Shown here: one piece after another, positions 1-9,612 of the stretch
Layout of the letters: every line of letters begins with the position of its first letter
How positions within the stretch are numbered: position 1 is the first letter of the stretch
Origin: Opitutales bacterium
GTDB taxonomy: Bacteria > Verrucomicrobiota > Verrucomicrobiia > Opitutales > Coraliomargaritaceae
Reading direction: 5' to 3'
DNA: 32,000 bases
Assembly: GCA_049606355.1 (NCBI GenBank)
Contig: JBMYVL010000003.1
Coordinates: forward strand, 220,676 to 252,675
Program-made: the position numbers and the translations under genes
The notes under the pieces: model-generated
The model's input: the letters and a program-made list of their open reading frames with translations, nothing else
Told to the model about the DNA's origin: nothing
Databases searched by the model: none

Positions 1-1
1 A

Positions 2-853
2 ATTGGTGATGCGCTGCGCACGCTCAAACCATCGATTATCCTCATCGCCGAACCGTGGAGCTTCCGTGGTAGCATTCAATGGGATACACGCATGGCAGGC
101 TACTCCTTCTGGAATGATGGTTTTCGAGAATTCGCCCGGGAGTATGTGCTCGGCCACAGTAATGGTGGCGCCCTCGCTTATTACGCCAAAGGCTGCCTTG
201 ATCATATGGCCGCTTGGCCATCACAAAGTATTAACTACGTCGAATCCCATGACGACCGTTGCTGGCTCGACCAAATTACCGAGCATAGCGACCACAACGG
301 AACGCACCCGACTCATAATGATATTCTGCGCAGCCACATGATGGCCGCTTTACTGTATACTTCCATCGGCATTCCGTTGCTGTCCTGCGGGCAAGATTTC
401 ATGCGCTCCAAAGGAGGGCTGAATAACACGTACCAGCGAGGCGATGTGAACGCGCTCAACTACCAGCGAATCCAAAGCTATGGGCGTACGCATGATTACT
501 TCAAACAATGGATCGCCTTTCGCCAGTCAGCATTAGCGAAGGTCCTTCGCCTCAATCAAAATCCAGGTGAGGCTTACCTGCGTTGTTTTAACTGTGATCA
601 GAGTGACGCCTCTGCGACCGCACTGCTCTTCAATGCGGATCGATCACAGGGCTCTACTCAAATCCTGCTGGCACTGAACCCACACTTTGAAGCCCATAAA
701 ATTCATCTATATGATGTCGACGGCGATCATTGGCGAGCCCTTGCCGACATTGAGAACTTCAACGTCCATGGCATTCTTGATGAGCGCTTGCAGCGCGATG
801 AACGCAGCATCTATCTCGGCCCGATGAATCTAGGCTTGTGGGTGCGCCAATAA
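2..853 (+). CDS. GH13 (alpha-amylase family) glycosidase, pullulanase/debranching-like, C-terminal part; the 5' end lies outside the window
   Basis: The reading frame is open from the window edge (phase starts at nt 2: IGDALRTLKPSIILIAEPWSF...). It contains GH13 conserved region III 'IAEPW' (catalytic Glu) and region IV 'YVESHDD' (His-Asp), then about 200 aa of C-terminal domain. Stop TAA at 851-853. Confidence 0.8.
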   Translation: MGDALRTLKPSIILIAEPWSFRGSIQWDTRMAGYSFWNDGFREFAREYVLGHSNGGALAYYAKGCLDHMAAWPSQSINYVESHDDRCWLDQITEHSDHNGTHPTHNDILRSHMMAALLYTSIGIPLLSCGQDFMRSKGGLNNTYQRGDVNALNYQRIQSYGRTHDYFKQWIAFRQSALAKVLRLNQNPGEAYLRCFNCDQSDASATALLFNADRSQGSTQILLALNPHFEAHKIHLYDVDGDHWRALADIENFNVHGILDERLQRDERSIYLGPMNLGLWVRQ

Positions 854-876
854 CCAAGCACTCGAGATCGCCTCGG

Positions 877-2070
877 CTATGCGAGCTCGGCGACCGCTTG
901 GCTCAAATGAGCTTCGCAAAGATCTAGATCGCCGTGCACTTTAGGCGTCCATGCCTGTGCCCAATAAAAATTACAAGAGGTCTGCGCGCGTAACAGGCGC
1001 CATTGGGCTTCGTTTATATGATAACGAACTTCGTGTAATTCCGTTGCTGGTGCATACTGTTTCAAGCGATTTTCGATGGCGTGAAAATGCTCGCTGACTG
1101 CCTGCACCCGAGTATGGGCTTCTTTCTGCTGTGAGGTGCCTGTCCATTGCGTAAAGTCATCGCCATAATGGTCTTCCGTATTCCAGGCTCCGGTTTTAAC
1201 GTGTACACGACCCTGTGCACCCTGCCTCGCTAAATAATCGTGAATGTAGGTCGGGCGAACACGTGTGGTTTCACCACGCACCCGCTCCAACAAGGATTGG
1301 TAAAAGACATGCCAAAAATTCGCGAGTTTATCATGATTGCGAAACCAGCCACCATTGTCGCCATCTGAACAGGTCGTGACCAATGGTTCGAAGTCGCACC
1401 ACTTCGTGCGTTCTTCTAATTCGTGAATAAACCAGCCAGGATCCATACCGGATAGCTGCGCATTGGACAGCTCTCGATCCCGCACAACGACGGTAATTTC
1501 TGCGCCTCCATAACTGGCGATATGCGGGCGATAGCGTAGCTCTTGCCAGCTCATCTTTTCGCCAATCGGCTCAACGTAACAATCGTCGACGAGAACATAG
1601 CGGTAACCGTGGCGAACCAAATATGGAATCATCTCCATACAGAAACCCATCTCCGGCGGCCAAAACCCAGGAAACTGCTCGCGCCAAAATAAATGCTGCG
1701 CGATACCCTGCCAACGACTCAATTGTGCATTCCAGTCAGCTTGAGGTGTTAGGGGAAGCACCGGGTGGTAATAGCCGGTTCCCAAAATGTTAAAGATTTT
1801 CTGATTTTGTAAATGCCACAGCAAGTCACCGACCTTGACCGTCCCATACATCTGCTCTTGAAATTTGGGGCAGGCGAGCGTCTCCAACAATGAACCGGAA
1901 AGTGAAAGATGGACTCGAGCGATATCTTGATACTCCCAAAGTGAGCGCGGCATTCGATCGAGGGCGAATAAAATCTCCTTCGCCTCCCATTCGTTTTGCT
2001 CCGATAATTCAGTTAAATTATTGGGCGGTTGATGCAAATTTAACACGAGCGCGTGATGAATTGAAGCCAT
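877..2070 (-). CDS. glycoside hydrolase family 57 (GH57) alpha-glucan-active enzyme
   Basis: 397-aa ORF with ATG start. By-eye matches to the five GH57 conserved regions: 'NLHQP', 'SGSLLETL', 'WPPEMG' (nucleophile Glu), 'SDGDNGG' (acid/base Asp), 'AQTSCNFYW'. Confidence 0.75.
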   Translation of the reverse strand: MASIHHALVLNLHQPPNNLTELSEQNEWEAKEILFALDRMPRSLWEYQDIARVHLSLSGSLLETLACPKFQEQMYGTVKVGDLLWHLQNQKIFNILGTGYYHPVLPLTPQADWNAQLSRWQGIAQHLFWREQFPGFWPPEMGFCMEMIPYLVRHGYRYVLVDDCYVEPIGEKMSWQELRYRPHIASYGGAEITVVVRDRELSNAQLSGMDPGWFIHELEERTKWCDFEPLVTTCSDGDNGGWFRNHDKLANFWHVFYQSLLERVRGETTRVRPTYIHDYLARQGAQGRVHVKTGAWNTEDHYGDDFTQWTGTSQQKEAHTRVQAVSEHFHAIENRLKQYAPATELHEVRYHINEAQWRLLRAQTSCNFYWAQAWTPKVHGDLDLCEAHLSQAVAELA

Positions 2071-2204
2071 GCCGCAGAGTAAACCTCAGCGACTAGAAAA
2101 TACACTTCCAAAACAGTCCGCGCCCCTCACTTTAACCTGATTTTAACGAGCGCGGCCCACTGCCCACTATGTTTCCAGCGGGAGCATTCGGCGGAGCGAA
2201 CTAA

Positions 2205-2231
2205 CAAAAAACCGAGCCCTAGGGCTCGGTT
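2205..2231 (-). terminator. rho-independent terminator downstream of the second GH57 gene
   Basis: Perfect hairpin accgagccct/agggctcggt (2211-2230). On the minus strand it is followed by a T-run (plus-strand A-run 2206-2211). It lies 30 nt past the stop at 2261-2263. Confidence 0.7.
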
Positions 2232-2260
2232 TGCACAGCGGGTCGCAGTTTTTTTAGCAG

Positions 2261-3733
2261 TCAATAATCGGTGGCGACAATCGTTTGCACGCGACGGCAG
2301 ATTTCACGGCCGAAATCAGTCCAAGCACCCTGCCCCCAATAACGATAGCATGAGGTCTGCGAACTCATCAAATTAAACAGGGCATTACGAAAACGCGTCT
2401 CGTCCCGAGGCATCCCCGGCTGTAAGACTTTCTCGTAAAACGCAGCACTCGCTTCTTCCATGGGGCCCAACACATTATCATAGCCGTGCACCCAAGAAAT
2501 ATCGTCGGTCCAACTGCCCCCATCCATATGAAATTGATGGTCTTCTTGCTTGATCTCAACGATCGCTGCCTCCAGTTGCTCTGGTCCACAACCGGGCTCA
2601 ACCCGATCCCAGATCTTCTTTTGGTGGATTGGCTGAATCTTCGGGAGATCACTCGTTTGGATGCCCAGCGCAAATAATTTATCCAAGTATTCAGAGACAT
2701 TCATTGCCGGTACATCCGTATGCGCACACTCGCTCATGACTTGGATAAACATCGCCGGAAACTCATTCATCATGACCCCGCCATTTTCGCCATCAGCAAT
2801 TTGCGTGACCAGCGGCGGGACTTGCTTGCCAGCAAGCTCCCAGCGTTCGAGATTCTTAGCCTCGTAGTAAGGTTGCATCTGCGCCACCAACTTCGTGTCG
2901 CTACCTTGCGTTTTAATGATTGCAATGATGCTGGCCTCCTCACCCGCCGAATTACGAACCACTAGGCGATGCGGCAGGTGCCGACGCTCTAAGCCATGCC
3001 CCGAATCGGGCAGCTCTACGGTGTGCTCTTGAACCAGCACCCATTGATAACCGCAGTCCACCAGAGTTTTCACGAACGCATAGGCAACATCGGGGTGGTT
3101 GGGCAGAGCCATCTCCGAGGGCGAGAAACCACGTATCCGCTCCAGTGCTTCCATTCCGAAAATGCCGGCAAAATGATGCTGGAACGCCTTTACATGTAGA
3201 CGGTAGTCCTGCACCGGAGTCGACGGAGCCACCGCATGCCCCCACGGCATGCCAAGCCATTCAACACAATGGCGGTAGTCAGGATTGCAGGTGATGCCCT
3301 GCAGTTTCTCAATGACATCACTACAGCCCATGGTGCGTAAGCCGTGAAACAAGGTCCCCGAATATTCGAGCATGCAGCGAGGTTGCTTGCCTTGGGAAAC
3401 CAGCTCTGGAATGAAATCCCCCATGCGCTCGTAGCACCATTTAAAAACCGAAGCATTGTGATTATCGCCCTCATCAGGGTGATCCATCATATCTTTGAGG
3501 TTACTAATCAGCGGTGTCTGTGTGAGATCGCCCCGCGCGGGAATTAACGGTTGGTGTTGGTGTAGCGCGATTGCGAAAGCAGCCCGCGTCTGCGCAAAGT
3601 TAATCGTGGTGTCGCCTGCATAAGGCGAAGTTGAAGCAGCTGCCTGTATCCTTGCGTCGATGAATGCTTCGGAACCGGAAACATTGGGAAGGTCGTCTAT
3701 GTACTCGGGAATGGCGGTGACTTGTTGACTCAT
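2261..3733 (-). CDS. GH57-like glycoside hydrolase paralog (longer, divergent)
   Basis: 490-aa ORF with ATG start. GH57-like regions: 'ALHQHQP', 'SPSEMA' (Glu retained), 'ADGENGG' (Asp retained), 'SQTSCYRYW'. The region-II segment reads 'SGTLFHGL', with His where the neighbouring paralog has Glu. About 55 aa precede the HQP motif, against about 12 in the paralog. Confidence 0.7.
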   Translation of the reverse strand: MSQQVTAIPEYIDDLPNVSGSEAFIDARIQAAASTSPYAGDTTINFAQTRAAFAIALHQHQPLIPARGDLTQTPLISNLKDMMDHPDEGDNHNASVFKWCYERMGDFIPELVSQGKQPRCMLEYSGTLFHGLRTMGCSDVIEKLQGITCNPDYRHCVEWLGMPWGHAVAPSTPVQDYRLHVKAFQHHFAGIFGMEALERIRGFSPSEMALPNHPDVAYAFVKTLVDCGYQWVLVQEHTVELPDSGHGLERRHLPHRLVVRNSAGEEASIIAIIKTQGSDTKLVAQMQPYYEAKNLERWELAGKQVPPLVTQIADGENGGVMMNEFPAMFIQVMSECAHTDVPAMNVSEYLDKLFALGIQTSDLPKIQPIHQKKIWDRVEPGCGPEQLEAAIVEIKQEDHQFHMDGGSWTDDISWVHGYDNVLGPMEEASAAFYEKVLQPGMPRDETRFRNALFNLMSSQTSCYRYWGQGAWTDFGREICRRVQTIVATDY

Positions 3734-4010
3734 AGTAGGTTATTTTTTGGGTGGAATGAGCGGCCACTAACGTGGCTGAATGAAGATTATACTAACGGTA
3801 CTACCCAATAACTTATTCGACCACATCTGAGCGCAAGGGCAATGGACCTAGGCTTGGTTTTATAAGCAAATACACTGCAAGAAACCTCTAACATAACTAA
3901 CGTCACTGATTGTTCGTTTCTGTCGATTCCTGCGCTGCCGCGCACCGTTTGGGATTGCCTTTTAAGGGACACCTATTGACGCAGGCGCAGCGACTGCTTT
4001 GATAGGCCCC

Positions 4011-5081
4011 ATGCAAAAAATTTTGGTAGGTCTTTCCGGAGGGGTCGACAGCGCGGTGGCCGCGCTGTTACTCCAACAGCAAGGCTATGAGGTGTCCGGT
4101 GCTTATATCCGCACTTGGATGAACGAGGAAATGCCACTGGCCGACTGCCCCGCACAACAGGACATTGAAGACTCCCGTGCGGTGGCGGCGCACTTGGGGA
4201 TCGACTATCGAATCGTCAACCTCGTCAACGAATACCGCGAGCATGTGGTCAACTACTTGGTAGAAGGTTACCAAAACGGCATCACTCCAAATCCGGACAT
4301 CATGTGCAACCGGGAGATGAAGTTTGGTATCTTTCAAAAGTATGCTTTGGACAACGGCTTCGACGGCATCGCCACGGGACATTATGTGCGCAAGTGCGCC
4401 GACAGCGATGGTAACTTCGACATCATCGAAGGCACTGACAAGAATAAGGACCAGAGCTATTTTCTGGCCCTGCTCAAACAGCAACAAATCAACCGCGCCC
4501 TGTTTCCAGTCGGGGAGTTACACAAACCCGAGGTGCGCGAGCTCGCCGAAAAACACAAACTGCCCAACGCCACTAAAAAAGACAGTCAGGGAATCTGCTT
4601 CCTGGGCGACATGCCCATCAACCGCTTTCTTGAGTATTACATTGAGGACAAGCCGGGCAACATCGTCAGTACCGAAGGCCAAGTGCTTGGCCGGCATCGT
4701 GGCCTGCACCGTTATACGGCAGGCCAACGGCGTGGCATCGGCGTCCCCTCCAATACCGACAACGAGTTCTATGTGGTGGTTGGCTTCAACCTACAGCAAA
4801 ACGAACTTATTGTTGCCTTCGATAAGCCCGACTCTCCCGGTCTCTACACGAGCGAAGTCGAGCTCTACGGCTTGAACTTTCTCAACAAGCAGATCAGCGA
4901 GACACGCAAGCTTCTCGCAAAGCCACGCTACCGTGATGCTTCACAAGCAATCACCTATACACCAACCGGTCCTGACAGTGCTTCGGTAGTATTTGACGAA
5001 CCACAACGCGCGCTTGCCCCCGGCCAGATCCTCGCCCTTTATGACGAGGAAATCCTCCTCGGCGGAGGCTTTTACCGCTAG
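4011..5081 (+). CDS. mnmA: tRNA 2-thiouridine(34) synthase MnmA
   Basis: PP-loop '[13 protein letters not shown]', 'DQSYFL' and 'KDSQGICF' motifs; about 356 aa from the ATG at 4011. The ORF track starts at a TTG at 3999, which I consider less likely. Confidence 0.92.
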   Translation: MQKILVGLSGGVDSAVAALLLQQQGYEVSGAYIRTWMNEEMPLADCPAQQDIEDSRAVAAHLGIDYRIVNLVNEYREHVVNYLVEGYQNGITPNPDIMCNREMKFGIFQKYALDNGFDGIATGHYVRKCADSDGNFDIIEGTDKNKDQSYFLALLKQQQINRALFPVGELHKPEVRELAEKHKLPNATKKDSQGICFLGDMPINRFLEYYIEDKPGNIVSTEGQVLGRHRGLHRYTAGQRRGIGVPSNTDNEFYVVVGFNLQQNELIVAFDKPDSPGLYTSEVELYGLNFLNKQISETRKLLAKPRYRDASQAITYTPTGPDSASVVFDEPQRALAPGQILALYDEEILLGGGFYR

Positions 5082-5153
5082 CTGACTGTCCAGATTACGG
5101 TCGCATTCCGAGCCGGTCTTGCCGCTCACTTGAACCACTTTTATAAGCCAACC

Positions 5154-5945
5154 ATGCCTTCCCCCGCTCACTTACTCTCCTGGAATGTTAACGGCCTACG
5201 CGCAGTCCTCAAAAAAGGCTTTGACGATTTTCTCGCAGCTGAAGCCCCCGACCTGCTCTGCCTCCAGGAAACGAAACTTTCCAGCGATCTCGTCGACGGT
5301 TTCGCCTTTGCGGGCTACCCACATGTCTATTGGAATTGCGCCGAAAAAAAGGGCTATTCAGGAACTGCGATCCTAAGCCAAGTCAAACCGCTAAGCATAC
5401 ACTATGGCATTGGTATCCAAAAACATGATACGGAAGGACGCGTCATCACGGCAGAATTTAACGATTACTACCTCGTCACCGTTTATACACCCAACGCTCA
5501 AAATCACGACGCAAACAGGCGGCCACGCCGCTTGGATTACCGTACCCTCGAATGGGATGTCGACTTCCTGAACTACTTAAAAGAGCTGGAACAAAGCAAA
5601 CCCGTCGTCTTCTGCGGCGACCTCAACGTGGCCCACACCGAAATTGATCTCGCCAACCCCAAGACGAACCGAAAAAACGCGGGATTTACGGATGAAGAAC
5701 GTGCGCGTTTTGACGCCATCCTCGAAGCCGGATTCATTGATAGTTTTCGCCACTTGCACCCGCAAGCGACCGAACGTTACAGTTGGTGGTCGTACCGAGC
5801 GGGGGCGCGGCAACGCAATGTCGGTTGGCGCATCGACTATTTCTGCGTTTCCGAACAACTGAATGCCCAAATTGAAGACGCCACGATTCTCGACCATGTC
5901 GGCGGCTCGGACCACTGCCCGGTTGGATTACATCTCAAGAAATAA
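5154..5945 (+). CDS. xth: exodeoxyribonuclease III (AP endonuclease, EEP superfamily)
   Basis: '[11 protein letters not shown]', 'LCLQETK', 'GDLNVAH' and C-terminal 'GSDHCPV' motifs. ATG at 5154 is preferred over the upstream TTG at 5130. Confidence 0.9.
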   Translation: MPSPAHLLSWNVNGLRAVLKKGFDDFLAAEAPDLLCLQETKLSSDLVDGFAFAGYPHVYWNCAEKKGYSGTAILSQVKPLSIHYGIGIQKHDTEGRVITAEFNDYYLVTVYTPNAQNHDANRRPRRLDYRTLEWDVDFLNYLKELEQSKPVVFCGDLNVAHTEIDLANPKTNRKNAGFTDEERARFDAILEAGFIDSFRHLHPQATERYSWWSYRAGARQRNVGWRIDYFCVSEQLNAQIEDATILDHVGGSDHCPVGLHLKK

Positions 5946-5992
5946 AGTCAGCTGCGAAACCAGCAGACTCCAGCAGGCAGATGCGCGGCAAT

Positions 5993-7390
5993 TCAGTTAA
6001 AATAGTCTCCGATGGCAATCTTTGCAGTTTCCGGAGTTTCGTTATTCAGCTCCGCCCACTGGACCGCATAATACTCATTGGAAACATTCTCCAGATCACC
6101 TAACGCACGATCATAACGAAACTGCATGTTGCCATTGATGACAACGTCGTAGGCAACAACCGCACCATTCAAATAACCAACATCACTTCCGCCACCGCCT
6201 TTTAATTCGACGTTTGCGCCCGGCGCATAGATATAAGCGGCCAACTGAGCTGCACCATGGATTTTTATGGTCTGGGCACCATCGGTCGGATTCGTGCCGT
6301 AAATGGATAAGCGCTGCGCTGGAGCCAAGTCCGCCACCGAATCGTATTCTGTATTGTGACTGTTAATATCGCCGGAAATTCCAATATCGCCATCCGTGTA
6401 GATCAACAATTGACCACCCGTTTCGATCTCAAGGTTTCCACCTAAATCCAACTCCGCACCGTTGGATAAAATTAATGTTACCGTCGTATTGGCAGCTACT
6501 AAGACATCCTTCCCATTGGTGCTTCGGATCGAATCGCCCGAACCATCGAGAGCATACACTCCGTCCATCAGCACATTGACCCCATTCGACAGAGTCGGCG
6601 GGCTGACGTAGTCAGGAAAGCCCTCCGGCGCTTCAATCGGCTGAAAGTTTTCGTAATAATCGTAAGTAATCCTAGAAGGGTCATGCGTATCGGGGTTCTC
6701 CAATGAATAAACGCCACCCTGAGGGCCAAAATCAGGTTCGCCACCGCCCGTGGCAATGAAGCCGTAAATATTCGCATTGCCGACGTCAATTGCGCCGCCC
6801 TCCAAAGAACCAGTCGACACCCGTAACTCATCCGACCAGTTGTGGGTGCCATCAGCTAAGAGTACGCCCGGTTGACCGAGACGGGAATCATACTGCTTGA
6901 TCTCGACGGAATTACCATTGTTGCGAATTCGAGCTGCCACTAAGCCTGAATCCCCTAGGCCCCGGTCCCGACTCAAACCAACTCTCAGCAGTTTCTTTAC
7001 ATCTCCAGCTGGGTGCCCGGAAATAACCCCCTCTGAATAGACCACTGGATTACTCGAGCTCGCATTCAAAATAACCACATTCACTGCTTGGGTCAGACCA
7101 CTTGGATCTGGGGGGAAAGTATAGGTATAGGCCTGGCCGCCGTCACTTTCCGTCCATGCCGATAAATTATCTGTATTTAACGAATAAATCGCCCGATCCA
7201 CCCCAGCTTCAGCCAATGAAAAGCTAGCGCCCAAAAGAAACGACCGCGTGGCAGCTCGATACTCGGAATGCGCCAGCGTAAAAAAACCTGCAGTGATAAA
7301 GCCGACAGCCATCACCATAATCATGGATGTTAACAAAGCCGAGCCTTGCTTGTGATGCCTGCGGTTGAACCGACTCTTTTCTGTAAGCAT
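5993..7390 (-). CDS. GspK/PilX-like minor pseudopilin with a large Gly/Asn/Asp-rich C-terminal domain
   Basis: The ATG at 7390 is preceded by AAGGAGGG, 4 nt upstream (minus strand: TAA-CAAGGAGGGCAAT-ATG). The N-terminus 'KQGSALLTSMIMVMAVGFITAGFF' is a PilX_N/GspK-type hydrophobic segment without Glu+5. It is the third gene of a pseudopilin operon. The upstream part of the long ORF (to 7489) overlaps the previous gene and is rejected. Confidence 0.6.
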   Translation of the reverse strand: MLTEKSRFNRRHHKQGSALLTSMIMVMAVGFITAGFFTLAHSEYRAATRSFLLGASFSLAEAGVDRAIYSLNTDNLSAWTESDGGQAYTYTFPPDPSGLTQAVNVVILNASSSNPVVYSEGVISGHPAGDVKKLLRVGLSRDRGLGDSGLVAARIRNNGNSVEIKQYDSRLGQPGVLLADGTHNWSDELRVSTGSLEGGAIDVGNANIYGFIATGGGEPDFGPQGGVYSLENPDTHDPSRITYDYYENFQPIEAPEGFPDYVSPPTLSNGVNVLMDGVYALDGSGDSIRSTNGKDVLVAANTTVTLILSNGAELDLGGNLEIETGGQLLIYTDGDIGISGDINSHNTEYDSVADLAPAQRLSIYGTNPTDGAQTIKIHGAAQLAAYIYAPGANVELKGGGGSDVGYLNGAVVAYDVVINGNMQFRYDRALGDLENVSNEYYAVQWAELNNETPETAKIAIGDYFN

Positions 7391-7403
7391 ATTGCCCTCC
7401 TTG

Positions 7404-7994
7404 TTACTTAAAATTCCTGAGCATAAAACGAGCTGAAATAATAGAGTCGGTCGTTTCGATTGAAGCGACCGTCCGTTGTAATTCAGCATCCATCTGAATA
7501 CTTTTCGTCCAGTTATTTACAGACGCCACAGGCCCTGGAATTGCCGTAAAACTTCCACCCGGAGTCTGAAAAAAAGTGAGTTTAAACGATCCCACCCCAC
7601 TGAGCAGCACATCACTTATTGCGGTGCCATCAACGGTTTGCTCACGCACCAGTTCATCTGCGCTCGCATCATATCGATACTGGACCGTCTTAGTCCCAAT
7701 ATAGTCTGGATAAGTCAGACTAATCCCATCACTGGAAACCACAGAGCCATCCTCATTCGATGGATTCATCACAGTGATTCCCGACGCACTGCGTACATCT
7801 CTCGAAAACAACTCCAAGCCCTTACGGCTTTGTGCGCTCATTTCCGAATACAAGCCCACACTTGCGGCACCTTTCAAAAATACTAGAAAAGTACCAGTCA
7901 AGGAAGTGAGGACAATGGCAAGAAGAACCACCGAAACCATCATCTCGACCAAGGTAAAACCAGCGTGGCGCTGCTTAGTTGATGTAATAGTCAT
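7404..7994 (-). CDS. prepilin-type N-terminal cleavage/methylation domain protein (GspJ-like size and position)
   Basis: Canonical class III signal 'KQRHAG|FTLVEMMVSVVLLAIVL' (Gly-1, Phe+1, Glu+5); 196 aa. A purine-rich GAAGGGG lies upstream of the ATG. Confidence 0.75.
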   Translation of the reverse strand: MTITSTKQRHAGFTLVEMMVSVVLLAIVLTSLTGTFLVFLKGAASVGLYSEMSAQSRKGLELFSRDVRSASGITVMNPSNEDGSVVSSDGISLTYPDYIGTKTVQYRYDASADELVREQTVDGTAISDVLLSGVGSFKLTFFQTPGGSFTAIPGPVASVNNWTKSIQMDAELQRTVASIETTDSIISARFMLRNFK

Positions 7995-8412
7995 TCACCC
8001 CTTCTTTTGTAAATTCGGTCCTGTAGGTAACGACTTTGTCCCTACCCCTGATATCACTCCAGGTGACACTCACATCAATCCCGATAAAGTTAGTTCCCAA
8101 AGAGCGAATTACAATAGCTCCATCATAGGTCCCCGCTCCAAATTGTGACTCAATTTGCTGGTCGAATAAATTTTCAAGTGTTGCAGCATCCAAGCCTGAG
8201 AAGGTTTCCCAGGGAAGCGTCCGCAGCAGCTCGATCTCACTTTGAATCACTTGCGACGCACGCGTATAGTGGCGTGACTCCGTCACTAAGTCATAGCCGC
8301 GGTTTATTGCAACAAATGCACCGGCAATCACTAAGGTAAATACCGCCAAAGCAACCATCACCTCTACCAGCGAAAAAGCCGCTTGCGGCTTGCTCTGTAA
8401 ACCAGTGCACAT
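7975..8412 (-). CDS. prepilin-type N-terminal methylation-motif protein (GspI-like size and position)
   Basis: 'KPQAA|FSLVEVMVALAVFTLVIAG' has Phe+1 and Glu+5 but Ala rather than Gly at -1. 145 aa. Its 3' end overlaps the next gene by 20 nt. Confidence 0.7.
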   Translation of the reverse strand: MCTGLQSKPQAAFSLVEVMVALAVFTLVIAGAFVAINRGYDLVTESRHYTRASQVIQSEIELLRTLPWETFSGLDAATLENLFDQQIESQFGAGTYDGAIVIRSLGTNFIGIDVSVTWSDIRGRDKVVTYRTEFTKEGVNDYYIN

Positions 8413-8640
8413 CCTAGCTTAAGATTAAGCCGAACTCAGTAGTTTGAGGCTACGTAAAAAACCTATCTCACTTACATATACGACTTATTTACATAAATTA
8501 AGGGCGGTCTTTCTGAGTAACATGAGCAGCCCAATGACAAGCACACCAAGGCCCGCAGCGGTGTCGACAGCATCCGCCCACCGATGCGTAAATTTGACGT
8601 CGATTCCACCGCCCAATTCGGCTACATCCATCCCTTATCA

Positions 8641-9612
8641 ATGATCATTGCCTCCAATCCACACGAAAGTATCGCGCAGCTCGGTGAGTGCCGTCTGATA
8701 GACCGAATTGGACAATGGCTCGGCCCCGTAAGCCCGCCCTCACCGGAAGGCATCGGCGACGATTGTGCGGTGTTGGAACCGCCACTCAGCGGCAAACAAA
8801 TCGTGACGACCGATTCAATCAGTTACGGGCAGCACTTTGATGACTCGGTCTCGGCAAAAGCCGCAGGGGCGAAGCTCATCAAACGCAACCTCAGCGACAT
8901 CGCAGCCATGGGCGGCACTCCGGGCCCCGCAGTGCTCGCGCTACTCATGGGTCCGGACATTTCCATCCTGTGGCTACAGCATTTCTTTGACGGGGTGCGC
9001 GAGGTGTGCCGACAGCATGACGTGCATCTGGTCGGAGGCGATATCAGCGGCCTCGCCCCCGGCAATTTCTCCGCCGTCCTAACCCTGACCGGCACCACCG
9101 CCACCCCGCGCCTCCGCCACACAGCAGGCTTGGGCGACCACATTTACGTCACCGGTACCCTAGGTGGTAGTATCCTCCAGAAACACTACGCCTTCGAACC
9201 ACGACTCGCCGAGGGGCGCTGGATCGCAGCACAGCCAGAATGCAGCGCCATGATGGACCTAACCGATGGCTTAGGGAAAGACCTGCAGGCGCTGCTGCCC
9301 GAGGCGTGCAGCGCGGCGATCGAACTCACACGCATGCCCATTTCCGAAGACGCGCAGCGACTGGCTCAGAACAACGGCGTGGATCCCATGAAACAGGCCT
9401 TTTGCGACGGCGAGGATTACGAACTGCTCTTCACGATAGCAGCAGACAGTGAGTGCGAGGCCTTTGAGAGGCGCTGGGCGGCCCAATTCCCGAATCTACC
9501 CCTCAGCCGCATCGGCACATTCATCCCCAAGGCCAACCAAGGCGTGTTTATGGACGCCAGCACAAACGCAGTCTTGCCATGGACCCACGGTTTCGAGCAT
9601 TTGAAGCAGTGA
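8641..9612 (+). CDS. thiL: thiamine-monophosphate kinase
   Basis: '[10 protein letters not shown]', 'GIGDDCAVL', '[11 protein letters not shown]', 'GGDISG' and '[10 protein letters not shown]' are typical of ThiL/AIR-synthase-related proteins. The start is uncertain: ATG at 8641 preferred, in-frame ATG at 8584 also possible. Confidence 0.85.
   Translation: MIIASNPHESIAQLGECRLIDRIGQWLGPVSPPSPEGIGDDCAVLEPPLSGKQIVTTDSISYGQHFDDSVSAKAAGAKLIKRNLSDIAAMGGTPGPAVLALLMGPDISILWLQHFFDGVREVCRQHDVHLVGGDISGLAPGNFSAVLTLTGTTATPRLRHTAGLGDHIYVTGTLGGSILQKHYAFEPRLAEGRWIAAQPECSAMMDLTDGLGKDLQALLPEACSAAIELTRMPISEDAQRLAQNNGVDPMKQAFCDGEDYELLFTIAADSECEAFERRWAAQFPNLPLSRIGTFIPKANQGVFMDASTNAVLPWTHGFEHLKQ

Noticed and set aside
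3787-4155. Two about 60-aa minus-strand ORFs in and around the GH57/mnmA divergent intergenic region. Also a TTGACG-16 nt-TTTGAT promoter-like match (3976-4003) that would make mnmA nearly leaderless.
   Set aside because: The ORFs lack any coding signature, and one overlaps mnmA antisense. The promoter match is only 4/6 in the -10 element, and the promoter consensus for this lineage is unknown to me. That is too weak to report as a feature.
7391-7489. N-terminal extensions of ORF-track entries: 7489 for the K-like gene, 23412 for leuC, 18187 for the AEC transporter, 14255 for holB, 16740 for ilvA, 11391 for the TonB-like gene
   Set aside because: Each extension overlaps the preceding gene or adds residues absent from the family N-terminus. 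Internal ATGs give canonical N-termini, for example '[13 protein letters not shown]' for LeuC and AGGAGG-ATG for the K-like gene.
8413-8640. Possible TPP riboswitch upstream of thiL
   Set aside because: The region contains 'ctgagt' but none of the conserved TPP-aptamer elements (CUGAGA plus ACCUGAUCUGGAUAAUGCCAGCG-like core). thiL is also not a usual TPP-riboswitch target.
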